A stretch of 64,000 bases of DNA from assembly GCA_020048895.1 (NCBI GenBank), contig JAIFLV010000088.1, positions 20,182-84,181 on the forward strand, read 5' to 3'. The notes under the pieces are model-generated. The model did not search any database. It was not told the origin of the DNA and was given only the letters and a program-made list of their open reading frames with translations. Positions 38,642 to 48,780 of this stretch are shown here, one piece after another; the stretch's first letter is position 1; each line of letters opens with the position of its first letter. The stretch comes from Rhodoferax sp. Its GTDB lineage: Bacteria > Pseudomonadota > Gammaproteobacteria > Burkholderiales > Burkholderiaceae_C. Position numbers and translations under genes: made by a program.

Positions 38642-38736
38642 GCAGATGTCAGGCAAGGCGCGCGGCGCGCAGCAACCGGAACGTACTTCCTGTACGTGAG
38701 GATTGCGAGCACCGCGCAACGCCGCATGGCATCTGC
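38642..38736. repeat. Nested palindromic intergenic element after groEL
   Basis: GCAGATGTCA...TGGCATCTGC outer stem, GCGCGG/CCGCGC, ACGTAC-TTCCT-GTACGT inner hairpin. Confidence 0.65.
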
Positions 38737-38749
38737 GCAGTAGCCAAAA

Positions 38750-40432
<1,683 letters not shown>

Positions 40433-40440
40433 TCAAAAAT

Positions 40441-40731
40441 TTATTTCTCAACGACTGCAAAGAGGTCGTCTTCTTTCATTACCAGCAACTCGTCGCCGTC
40501 AACTTTGACGGTCTGGCCGCTGTACTTGCCAAACAGGACGCGGTCGCCGACCTTGACGGTCAAGGCAGTCAATTCGCCCTTGTCGTTGCGCTTGCCGGGG
40601 CCAATGGCCAGGACTTCGCCTTGATCAGGCTTTTCAGCAGCGCTGTCAGGAATCACGATGCCGGAGGCGGTTTTGGTTTCGTTTTCAACGCGCTTCACAA
40701 TCACGCGGTCTGCCAATGGGCGCAGTTTCAT
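40441..40731 (-). CDS. groS: Co-chaperonin GroES
   Basis: [28 protein letters not shown]. Confidence 0.99.
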   Translation of the reverse strand: MKLRPLADRVIVKRVENETKTASGIVIPDSAAEKPDQGEVLAIGPGKRNDKGELTALTVKVGDRVLFGKYSGQTVKVDGDELLVMKEDDLFAVVEK

Positions 40732-40816
40732 GAGGAATCTCCTAGGTTTAGAAACAGGGGGTAAACAAAGGCCAACTCAAAAAGTTGGCGCTTATTAACT
40801 TGTGGCGCTGGTGTTG

Positions 40817-40843
40817 TTAGCACTCAACTCCAACGAGTGCTAA
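40817..40843. promoter_or_regulatory. CIRCE operator (HrcA site)
   Basis: Exact TTAGCACTC-N9-GAGTGCTAA upstream of groES. Confidence 0.95.
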
Positions 40844-40845
40844 TG

Positions 40846-40871
40846 ATAAGGCCATTTTCCCGGGTTTCAAG
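40846..40871 (-). promoter_or_regulatory. Sigma32-like promoter of groESL
   Basis: CTTGAAA-N13-CCTTAT (consensus CTTGAAA-N13-15-CCCCAT). Confidence 0.6.
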
Positions 40872-40903
40872 AGGAGCCTCTGCATTTGCCGCAAGGTCTG
40901 GGG

Positions 40904-41209
40904 TTATTCACCGCTCGAAGTGACCACTAACACGCGGTGGGCTATCAAATCCAGAGCGGGTTTGGTATTGCCTTGCTTGTCGGTCCACACTTTGGGGATC
41001 AAACTCCCGGTGATCGCTACCGGGTCGCCCTCACGCAACTCCGACAGCGTCGCCCGTGGTGCGTCATCGAAGGCAATGACATTGACAAAGAGGGTCTCCC
41101 CCTCGTGCGTGGAGGCGCGCACTTTTGCCAGCACGAAGGGGCTGTCACCCTTGCCCCGGCGTTGCTCGGGTTCCCCGTAAATTCTTCCAGCAATCAAACC
41201 ATCGATCAT
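40904..41209 (-). CDS. Short single-stranded DNA-binding (OB-fold) protein
   Basis: MIDGLIAGRIYG, FVNVIAF, GDPVAITG, KVWTDKQG; no acidic tail. Confidence 0.75.
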   Translation of the reverse strand: MIDGLIAGRIYGEPEQRRGKGDSPFVLAKVRASTHEGETLFVNVIAFDDAPRATLSELREGDPVAITGSLIPKVWTDKQGNTKPALDLIAHRVLVVTSSGE

Positions 41210-41310
41210 TGCACCCTCCGTGGGTGCGACTATACGTGCTGGGCGACATGGTAAAAACTGCCAGACTGTGCTTCAATGGTGCACGTTGATTTTGTTGGAG
41301 ACTCCTCATC

Positions 41311-41610
41311 ATGGCAAGCACCGCTTCCATTGCAACTTCCGGGATGAAAGCCGCTCAGGTGGCGCTCAATACTTCTGCGCACAACATTGCCAACCAGTCC
41401 ACGCCCGGCTTTCGCCGGCAGCAGGTAGTTCAAACCCCGCAGTCAGACGGTGGCGTGGTGGCCAGTACCACGACTGCTCCAGCCGAGGGCGTAAGTCTGG
41501 AGCGCGATGTGGTGGCCCAGTTGCAGGCCAAGAATGCGTTTCTGGCGAATCTGGCGGTTTTCAAGGCCAGTGATCAGATGGCGGGTAGTCTGCTCAAGAT
41601 CAAGGCGTAA
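41311..41610 (+). CDS. Small flagellar basal-body rod/FlgC-like protein
   Basis: SGMKAAQVALNTSAHNIAN (rod N-terminal) and AFLANLAVFKASDQMAGSLL (rod C-terminal). Confidence 0.8.
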   Translation: MASTASIATSGMKAAQVALNTSAHNIANQSTPGFRRQQVVQTPQSDGGVVASTTTAPAEGVSLERDVVAQLQAKNAFLANLAVFKASDQMAGSLLKIKA

Positions 41611-41623
41611 CGCCGAAGCGCAC

Positions 41624-41717
41624 GGAGACTGGGTCGCAGAGCGTTTTGCGCAGGTAAAGGAGGAGCCCGCGCAGCGGGCGGGGGACACGGAGCAGAACGT
41701 TCTGTGACCCAGTCTCC
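41624..41717 (+). repeat. 94-bp hairpin element, family C copy 1
   Basis: 24-bp terminal stem; core matches 46220-46313 in opposite orientation. Confidence 0.9.
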
Positions 41718-41990
41718 TCAACAGGGTTTCCAGCGGTTCGCGGCGCTCTTTGCCATAGCGCATTGGGCGGGCGTGAGGCTGTTCTGCAGGTCATCGCGCG
41801 CCCGTGCAGCCAGTGACGGCAGTTGGGTAGCCGCCAGCAGCAGCCAGAAATAGGCGCGCATCCGGTCCCGGGGCATGCCCTGGCCGTCAGCACAGCACAG
41901 GGCAAATTTGAATTGTGCTTCAGGTTGTCCTTGCTCGGCGGCCTTGCGCAGCCAGGCAACGCTCCAGTTTCCTTGCATAACCACCTCCAC
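41718..41990 (-). CDS. Sel1-repeat protein (short, possibly N-terminally truncated)
   Basis: WLRKAAEQGQPEAQFKFALCCADGQGMPRDRMRAYFWLLLAA. Confidence 0.65.
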   Translation of the reverse strand: MEVVMQGNWSVAWLRKAAEQGQPEAQFKFALCCADGQGMPRDRMRAYFWLLLAATQLPSLAARARDDLQNSLTPAQCAMAKSAANRWKPC

Positions 41991-42087
41991 ATCGTGTATT
42001 TGTTACTTCGTTTATCGACCACAACGCGAAACTATTGAATTGCAGTATTGCTGGCGGTGGATCTGCCTCTGCGGTAGAGTTCTGCCC

Positions 42088-42681
42088 ATGCGCACCTCTT
42101 TCGTCACCGCTCTGGCCGCTGGATTTCTTTTACTGGTTGCGGCTCTGCCCGCAGGGGCACAGTTGCCCAAGCGTGACTTGGCGGTGGAAGTTCGCCAGGT
42201 GGAGAGTCGCGACGCCAGCGGCAGTGTGGTGGGAACGCAATCTCCTACCCCCGCACTGCTGGCGCAAAAGGTATTCGTGCGCAATGGCGAAAAAGCCACA
42301 CTGCGCATGAACGTGGCGATGCCGGTGCAATGGGTGCAGCGCATCGATGCGCCATCAAACGGAGGCCAGACGGGAGCGGGGTTGACCAACGCCATCACCT
42401 GGATGGATGCCGGGCAAAGCCTGGTCGTGACGCCCCGCTGGAGCAACGCCAAGCAGCCGGTACAGGTGGACATCGAAATTTTGACCGCCGCTGTGGGAGA
42501 TCGCTCGGGGACCGAATTGCCCAACCAACTGCGCAGCCAAATAGCCACTACGGTGAGCGCGCCACTGGGCGAATGGGTGACGATTGCCACCGCGGATCAA
42601 GCTGGTAAAGCAGGGGTTTACAGCAGTGCGCCCAGTGCCGCTGGGGTGCGTACGATTCAACTGCGGGTCACATCAAATTGA
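42088..42681 (+). CDS. Secreted hypothetical protein, secretin-like segment
   Basis: Signal peptide; QKVFVRNGEKATL and TTVSAPLGEWVTI resemble secretin strands; only 197 aa. Confidence 0.7.
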   Translation: MRTSFVTALAAGFLLLVAALPAGAQLPKRDLAVEVRQVESRDASGSVVGTQSPTPALLAQKVFVRNGEKATLRMNVAMPVQWVQRIDAPSNGGQTGAGLTNAITWMDAGQSLVVTPRWSNAKQPVQVDIEILTAAVGDRSGTELPNQLRSQIATTVSAPLGEWVTIATADQAGKAGVYSSAPSAAGVRTIQLRVTSN

Positions 42682-42693
42682 CACCACACAAAG

Positions 42694-43092
42694 TTGTGCG
42701 CAACTGAAAAGCTTGATATCGGGCATGGATCGAAATGTTTTCCGGCTCGCAACGACGGTGCAGGCCTAGAATGGTCTGCTCGGATTCTGCTAACGAAAGT
42801 ACCTGCTTTGACTGCGATAACAACGGCCACTCTTGAGCGGCGCACGCTGATTGAAGTCCGCCAGATTTTCCCGCGCGCTTGTGAAACGCTGCGGCCGTTT
42901 TTTGACCCGGCCAACAGCTGGGGGCATCCTGCGAACCACCACCACGAGCATTTGGCGCTCAGAGCGTTGAAAGAAGAGTTTCCACAGCTCAGTGCCCAGG
43001 AGTCCTACATTGTCATTGCCACCGTCAAGCGCCTGCATGCAGTCGGAATAGTCATCAACGTCCCTCAACCTATGGAGCCCAACGATGTTTGA
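42694..43092 (+). CDS. Hypothetical protein (start uncertain)
   Basis: Open frame whose 3' end overlaps the pap start by 8 nt; no in-frame ATG near the 5' end. Confidence 0.45.
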   Translation: MCATEKLDIGHGSKCFPARNDGAGLEWSARILLTKVPALTAITTATLERRTLIEVRQIFPRACETLRPFFDPANSWGHPANHHHEHLALRALKEEFPQLSAQESYIVIATVKRLHAVGIVINVPQPMEPNDV

Positions 43093-44629
43093 ATCTGCGG
43101 AAATTGGTCACAAGATAGACAAGGCAGCCTACCGCGCTGCGGTTCCGGTGCTGCGTGCGGCGCTGCTGGAAGCGCAGGTGGACCTGTATGAGAACAAGAA
43201 GATTCCGGTGGTGGTGCTGATCAGCGGCCAGGATGGGGCTGGCAAAGGGGAAACCATCAACGTGTTGTACGAGTGGATGGACCCGCGCTTTCTGTCCACC
43301 CTGGCATTTGCCGAGCCCACTGACGAGGAAACAGAACGTCCATCGATGTGGCGCTATTGGCGCTCGCTGCCGCCCAAGGGTCGTGTCGGTATTTTTGCGG
43401 GCTCCTGGTATTCAGACCCGATTCGTGAGCGCATTCAAGGGGAAATATCACTCAAGGAAATGGATGCCCGGGCCGAGCAGATCAATCGCTTTGAGGCGAT
43501 GCTGGTCAACGAGGGTGCGCTGGTGCTCAAGTTCTGGTTTCACCTGACCAAGGAAGGACAGGAGAAGCGCCTCAAGGCGCTCGAGCGCGACCCGCTCACC
43601 GCCTGGCGCGTGACCCAATGGAACTGGGACCGCCTCAAGACCTACGACCAATTGCAGGATGTAGCAGGCCATTTGCTCCGCATTACCAATACCGCCTGCG
43701 CCCCGTGGGTGTTGGTGGAGGGCACCTGCGATCGCTACCGGTCGCTTACCGTCGGCAAGATTCTGCTGTCAGCCATGAAAGACAGGTTGGCCAATCCGCA
43801 GCGCCAGCAAACACCGGTAGCGCCGATCGTACGGGTGGATACCGATGGTCGCAATGTGCTCTCGGAGCTGGACCTGAAGCTGGCGCTGGAGGACAAGCCC
43901 TACAAGGAAGAGTTGGCCAAGTGGCAAGGCCGCTTGTCGGAACTGGTGCGCGATCCGCGCTTCAAGGGGCGCTCGCTGGTATGTGCCTTTGAAGGTGCCG
44001 ACGCGGCTGGCAAAGGCGGTGCCATTCGCCGCATCGGGGCGGCGCTCGATGCGCGCCAGTACCAGGTGATCCCGGTGGCGGCACCCACCGAAGAGGAACG
44101 CGCCCAGCCGCACTTGTGGCGTTTCTGGCGGCACTTGCCGCGCAAGGGCCACATTGCCATTTTTGACCGCACCTGGTACGGCCGGGTGCTGGTGGAGCGC
44201 GTGGAAGGTTTCTGCACGGAGTCCGACTGGCTGCGCGGCTATACCGAGATCAATGACTTTGAGCATGAGATGGCCGACTCGGGCGTGATTGTGGTCAAGT
44301 TCTGGTTACAGATAAGTCAGGCCGAGCAATTGCGGCGTTTCAAGGAGCGTGAAAAGATCGAATTCAAGCGTTTCAAGATTACCCAGGAAGATTGGCGCAA
44401 CCGCGAGAAGTGGACCGCCTACCAGCAGGCCATTTGCGATATGGTGGAACGCACCAGCACCGGCAATGCGCCCTGGACCATGGTCGAGGCCAACGACAAG
44501 AACTATGCACGGGTCAAAATCTTGCGCACCCTGTGCGAGCGGGTCGAGGCAGAGCTTAAGGGTGACTCCGCCGATGCAAAGCCGGCCAAGTCCAAGAAGA
44601 CCAAAAAGGAAACCAAGTCGAAGAAATGA
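43085..44629 (+). CDS. pap: Polyphosphate:AMP phosphotransferase (two-domain PPK2)
   Basis: MFESAEIGHKIDK; two PPK2 domains (GQDGAGKG, EGADAAGKGG, FDRTWYGRV). Confidence 0.95.
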   Translation: MFESAEIGHKIDKAAYRAAVPVLRAALLEAQVDLYENKKIPVVVLISGQDGAGKGETINVLYEWMDPRFLSTLAFAEPTDEETERPSMWRYWRSLPPKGRVGIFAGSWYSDPIRERIQGEISLKEMDARAEQINRFEAMLVNEGALVLKFWFHLTKEGQEKRLKALERDPLTAWRVTQWNWDRLKTYDQLQDVAGHLLRITNTACAPWVLVEGTCDRYRSLTVGKILLSAMKDRLANPQRQQTPVAPIVRVDTDGRNVLSELDLKLALEDKPYKEELAKWQGRLSELVRDPRFKGRSLVCAFEGADAAGKGGAIRRIGAALDARQYQVIPVAAPTEEERAQPHLWRFWRHLPRKGHIAIFDRTWYGRVLVERVEGFCTESDWLRGYTEINDFEHEMADSGVIVVKFWLQISQAEQLRRFKEREKIEFKRFKITQEDWRNREKWTAYQQAICDMVERTSTGNAPWTMVEANDKNYARVKILRTLCERVEAELKGDSADAKPAKSKKTKKETKSKK

Positions 44630-45726
44630 GTGCCATGCAAAGCCCCCAAACAGCCTCCTCGCAACAACCAGCCACAGAACCACGTCTGACCTCGCTCTCC
44701 CACGGTGGTGGTTGTGGCTGCAAGATTGCACCGGGCGTGTTGTCCGAGATCCTGAAGACCACCACGGCCATGCCGTTGCCGCCAGAGTTGCTGGTGGGCA
44801 TCGAGACCTCCGACGATGCAGCGGTATACCAGCTCAACGAAGCGCAGGCGATCATTGCCACCACCGATTTCTTCATGCCGATCGTGGACGACCCGTTTGA
44901 CTTCGGACGCATCGCCGCCACCAATGCGATCTCGGATGTCTACGCCATGGGCGGCACACCGATCATGGCGCTGGCCCTGGTGGGCATGCCCATCAGCGTG
45001 TTGTCCACCGAGACCATTGGCAAGATCCTTGCCGGTGGTGCTTCGGTCTGCAGGGCCGCAGGTATTCCGATTGCGGGCGGCCACACCATTGATTCAGTGG
45101 AGCCCATCTATGGTCTGGTGGCACTGGGGTTGGTGCATCCCAAGCGCGTCAAGCGCAATGCGGCAGCCCTTCCTGGCGATGTCCTCATTCTGGGAAAACC
45201 GCTGGGAGTGGGCATCCTATCGGCGGCTTTGAAGAAGGAAAAACTTGATGCCACCGGCTACGCGCGCATGCTGGCCGTGACGACTCAACTCAACACCCCC
45301 GGGCCTGATCTGGCTGCGCTGGATGGTGTGCACGCCATGACCGATGTGACCGGCTTTGGTCTGGCCGGGCACGCACTGGAAATTGCGCGTGGTGCGCAGT
45401 GCAACCTGGAGTTGGAGTGGGCCAAAGTCCCCCTGATCGACGGTGTGCATGCCTTGGCCAGTGCGGGAATGGTGACCGGGGCGTCGGGCCGCAACTGGGC
45501 CGCATATGGTCACCAGATCAGCTTGACCGGCTCCATGACATCCGCTGACCAGGCGCTGTTGTCGGACCCCCAGACCAGCGGCGGTTTGCTGGTGAGCTGC
45601 GCGCCTGAAGCGGTGGGTGCGGTGATGGACGTGTTCCGCCGCCATGGCTTTGACCAGGTCGCCGAGATCGGTCACGTCGGGCACGCCAGTGGCCCCGATG
45701 CGGGTGTGTATTTGAACGTGACGTGA
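44626..45726 (+). CDS. selD: Selenide, water dikinase (Cys form)
   Basis: RLTSLSHGGGCGCK, SDDAAVY, TTDFF, DVTGFGL, DPQTSGGLL. Confidence 0.97.
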   Translation: MSAMQSPQTASSQQPATEPRLTSLSHGGGCGCKIAPGVLSEILKTTTAMPLPPELLVGIETSDDAAVYQLNEAQAIIATTDFFMPIVDDPFDFGRIAATNAISDVYAMGGTPIMALALVGMPISVLSTETIGKILAGGASVCRAAGIPIAGGHTIDSVEPIYGLVALGLVHPKRVKRNAAALPGDVLILGKPLGVGILSAALKKEKLDATGYARMLAVTTQLNTPGPDLAALDGVHAMTDVTGFGLAGHALEIARGAQCNLELEWAKVPLIDGVHALASAGMVTGASGRNWAAYGHQISLTGSMTSADQALLSDPQTSGGLLVSCAPEAVGAVMDVFRRHGFDQVAEIGHVGHASGPDAGVYLNVT

Positions 45727-45741
45727 TCTTGGGCGCTGGTG

Positions 45742-46119
45742 TCAGGTCGTCAGGGCAATTTCGGCCAGCATCCCGATCAGGCGCGGGTCCTCACTGACGG
45801 CTGGGGCCAGCGTGATTTGCATTTCAGTGTATTGCTGACGCAGACCCGCCACCAGCAGTGGCAAGTCCTCACGGGCGTGTTTACCGACTCCCAGAAACAG
45901 CGGCACCACGGTTACGCAGCGCATCCTGGCGTCATGCATGGCGGCAATAGCCGTTGCCAGGTCCGGTTTGCTGAGTTCGAGGTAGGCGCACAGCACCTTG
46001 CTATCTGGAGCGCGCTCACTGATCTGCCGCGCCACCGCTTCCATCGGCTTGTGCCAAAGCGGATCACGCGAGCCGTGCGCGAAAAGAATGATGCCATTGG
46101 GCTTGTCGGGGTGCGTCAT
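45742..46119 (-). CDS. Sirohydrochlorin chelatase, CbiX/SirB N-terminal family
   Basis: FAHGSRDP, AYLELSKP, VPLFLGVGKHAREDLP. Confidence 0.9.
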   Translation of the reverse strand: MTHPDKPNGIILFAHGSRDPLWHKPMEAVARQISERAPDSKVLCAYLELSKPDLATAIAAMHDARMRCVTVVPLFLGVGKHAREDLPLLVAGLRQQYTEMQITLAPAVSEDPRLIGMLAEIALTT

Positions 46120-46134
46120 GCATCCGAGTCTAAT

Positions 46135-46195
46135 GTGCTACAAGAACGATAGCTGCTCACGCTTGTCTGGTGAGCAGTGGAGACATTTTTCGTGT
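46135..46195 (+). repeat. Repeat family A degenerate copy
   Basis: GTGCTACAAGAACGATAGCTGCTCACGCTTGTCTGGTGAGC: GCTA-N9-TAGC followed by a second hairpin. Confidence 0.6.
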
Positions 46196-46219
46196 CATGT
46201 TTTGCAGCTTCGGAAACCC

Positions 46220-46313
46220 GGACGCCGGGCGGCACAGCGTTTTGCTCCGTGTCCCCCGCCCGCTGCGCGGGCTCCTCCTTGACCTGCACAAAACGCCGTG
46301 CCGCCCAGCCTCC
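46220..46313 (-). repeat. 94-bp hairpin element, family C copy 2
   Basis: Same length and core as 41624-41717; arms differ by compensatory changes; begins 2 nt after the cysK stop. Confidence 0.9.
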
Positions 46314-46315
46314 TG

Positions 46316-47305
46316 CTATGCGGCAGTGGCAAGGGCAGAGCCGGAAGCGTCAAAGACTCCCTCAAACAGGACCGAACTCAGGTAGCGCTCGCCGGAGTCT
46401 GGCAGGATCACGACGATGGTTTTGCCCGCGTTCTCCGGTTTCCTGGCCCAGCGCACCGCCGCCGCGGTGGCCGCGCCGCAGGAAATGCCGGCCAGAATGC
46501 CTTCTTCGCGCGCCAGGCGGCGGGCAAAGTCGAGCGCGTCTTCGTTGCTCACCTGTTCAATGGCATCAATCAGGGAGAGGTCCAGCACGTCGGGTACGAA
46601 GCCCGCGCCAATGCCCTGGATCTTGTGCGGCCCGGGTTTGATCTCCTCACCGGCACGCGTCTGTGTCAGCACCGGGCTGGCGCTGGGTTCTACGGCCACG
46701 GTGGTGATTGCCTTGCCTTTGGTCTTCTTGATGAATCGCGAAACGCCGGTGATGGTGCCGCCGGTGCCAACGCCCGAGACAAAGATGTCGATCGCGCCGT
46801 CGGTGTCTTCCCAGATCTCCGGGCCGGTGGTGGTTTCGTGGATGGCCGGGTTGGCCGGGTTCTTGAATTGCTGCAGCAGCACGTATTTGGCGGGGTCGCT
46901 GGCGGCGATTTCTTCGGCTTTGGCAATGGCACCTTTCATGCCCTTGGCCCCTTCGGTGAGCACCAGCTTGGCACCATACGCCAGCAACAACTTGCGTCGC
47001 TCAATGCTCATGGTCTCTGGCATGGTCAACGTGATGGGAATGCCGCGTGCTGCCGCCACAAACGCCAGCGCAATGCCCGTGTTGCCGCTGGTGGGCTCCA
47101 CCAGTTCCTTGCCCGCGCCGAGCACACCGCGTTTTTCCGCGTCCCAGATCAATGCCGCGCCGATGCGGCATTTGACGGAGTAGGCCGGGTTGCGGCCTTC
47201 AATTTTGGCCAGCACCGTGGCGCCAGCGCCGTCGGTGATGCGGTTCAAGCGCACCAGAGGCGTGCGGCCGATGGAAAGTGAATTGTCGTTAAATATGTGT
47301 GACAT
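46316..47305 (-). CDS. cysK: Cysteine synthase A
   Basis: [49 protein letters not shown]. Confidence 0.97.
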   Translation of the reverse strand: MSHIFNDNSLSIGRTPLVRLNRITDGAGATVLAKIEGRNPAYSVKCRIGAALIWDAEKRGVLGAGKELVEPTSGNTGIALAFVAAARGIPITLTMPETMSIERRKLLLAYGAKLVLTEGAKGMKGAIAKAEEIAASDPAKYVLLQQFKNPANPAIHETTTGPEIWEDTDGAIDIFVSGVGTGGTITGVSRFIKKTKGKAITTVAVEPSASPVLTQTRAGEEIKPGPHKIQGIGAGFVPDVLDLSLIDAIEQVSNEDALDFARRLAREEGILAGISCGAATAAAVRWARKPENAGKTIVVILPDSGERYLSSVLFEGVFDASGSALATAA

Positions 47306-47544
47306 AGAGATTCCTTAAGGGCAGTCAAGACAAGCGGGCCGCGCGCCCGAAGCCGCCACTTTATCGAAGCTGCGGGCAAAATCAAAACAATTGTTTCTTG
47401 TTTCTAAACAACCAAACTGTCTAACGGGCATCCGGTTGCAGCGGCGGACTCGGGTTTGTGCCAGCTGCGCTCATGAGCCTTGCTGCGGTGTGTGCTGCGG
47501 TGCTGTCCTATACTGAACCACACCGATTCTGTGACGGATAACAA

Positions 47545-48027
47545 ATGGAACGCATCACCATTTCAATAGACAAAGAACTCGCCGCTGAATTTGACCGCCT
47601 GATCGCCACGCGCGGTTACAAGAACCGCTCGGAGGCCGTGCGTGATCTGGTTCGCTCTCATCTGGAAGCAGATCGGCAGGATGCGGGACCGGCGGGACAC
47701 TGCGTCGCCAATCTGTCCTATGTCTACAACCATCATGAGCGTGATTTGGCCGAGCGTCTCACCGCTTTGCAACATGACCAGCACGACCTTACGGTTGCAA
47801 CCTTGCACGCCCACCTGGACCACGAAAACTGCATGGAAAGCGTGATTTTGCGGGGCCCCACCGCTTCTGTACGCAACTTTTCAGATGCCCTGATTTCGGA
47901 ACGTGGTGTGCGCCATGGGCAACTGAATCTGGTGTCCGCGGAGATCGCGGGGAGCGGCCACCATCACCACAGCCACGGCGCGCATGGCAAGAACCACACC
48001 CACATTCACCTCAAACCCAAGACCTGA
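47545..48027 (+). CDS. nikR: Nickel-responsive regulator NikR with His-rich tail
   Basis: MERITISID RHH, NRSEAVRDL, YVYNHH, HAHLDHENCME, GVRHG. Confidence 0.93.
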   Translation: MERITISIDKELAAEFDRLIATRGYKNRSEAVRDLVRSHLEADRQDAGPAGHCVANLSYVYNHHERDLAERLTALQHDQHDLTVATLHAHLDHENCMESVILRGPTASVRNFSDALISERGVRHGQLNLVSAEIAGSGHHHHSHGAHGKNHTHIHLKPKT

Positions 48028-48045
48028 TGGGCAGGGACCGGTAGC

Positions 48046-48780
48046 TCAAAGTCGTTGTCGACCCAGCGGTAGCTCCAAATGGCAGCGCTCCAAAAGGTCT
48101 TTGTCCGCAAAGATCGCGTCCGGCGAACCGTCCGCCTCAAGACGCCCGTGGTGCATGACAAGCACCCTTGAACAAACGTCCTCTACCAAGTCCAGATCAT
48201 GGGTTGCAATGATCTTGGTCAAATCCAATCCCATAAGCAAGTTGATCAGACGTCGACGAGCTGCCGGATCCAGGCAGTCACTGGGCTCGTCCATGACAAG
48301 TATGGAGGGGGACATTGCCAGGACGCCAGCGATGGCCACGGCACGCTTCTCTCCGCCAGATAGTCTGTAGGGCGGTCGCCCTGCCAAATGACTCGATCCC
48401 ACCGTCGCAAGAGCAGCCTCTACACGCGAGCGGACGTCCGCCAATGGCAGGCCCATGTTGGTCGGACCGAAAGCCACGTCGTCAAAGACCGTCGGCATGA
48501 ACAACTGGTCATCGGGGTCCTGGAAGACCAACCCCACGGTGCGCCGTACCTCAGCCAAGGTGCCAGCAGAAATCGCAGCATCATTCACCCGCACCTCGCC
48601 AGCGGTGGCTCTCAGCACACCGTTGAGATGCAGCAGGAGCGTCGATTTGCCAGCGCCGTTGCTGCCTATGATGCCGACCGATTCCCCTCGGCAAATGCCA
48701 AAGCTCACACCTTGCAAAGCCCTGCGTCCATCCGGGTAGGTGAAAGACAACTCTCGCGCTTGCAGTTGAAAGTGACTCAA
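48046..48780 (-). CDS. cbiO: ECF transporter ATPase (CbiO/NikO)
   Basis: GSNGAGKST, FQDPDDQLF, LSGGEK, DEP, ATHD. Confidence 0.92.
   Translation of the reverse strand: MSHFQLQARELSFTYPDGRRALQGVSFGICRGESVGIIGSNGAGKSTLLLHLNGVLRATAGEVRVNDAAISAGTLAEVRRTVGLVFQDPDDQLFMPTVFDDVAFGPTNMGLPLADVRSRVEAALATVGSSHLAGRPPYRLSGGEKRAVAIAGVLAMSPSILVMDEPSDCLDPAARRRLINLLMGLDLTKIIATHDLDLVEDVCSRVLVMHHGRLEADGSPDAIFADKDLLERCHLELPLGRQRL

Noticed and set aside
44701-44730. Selenocysteine in SelD
   Set aside because: Codons are TGT and TGC (Cys); no in-frame TGA.
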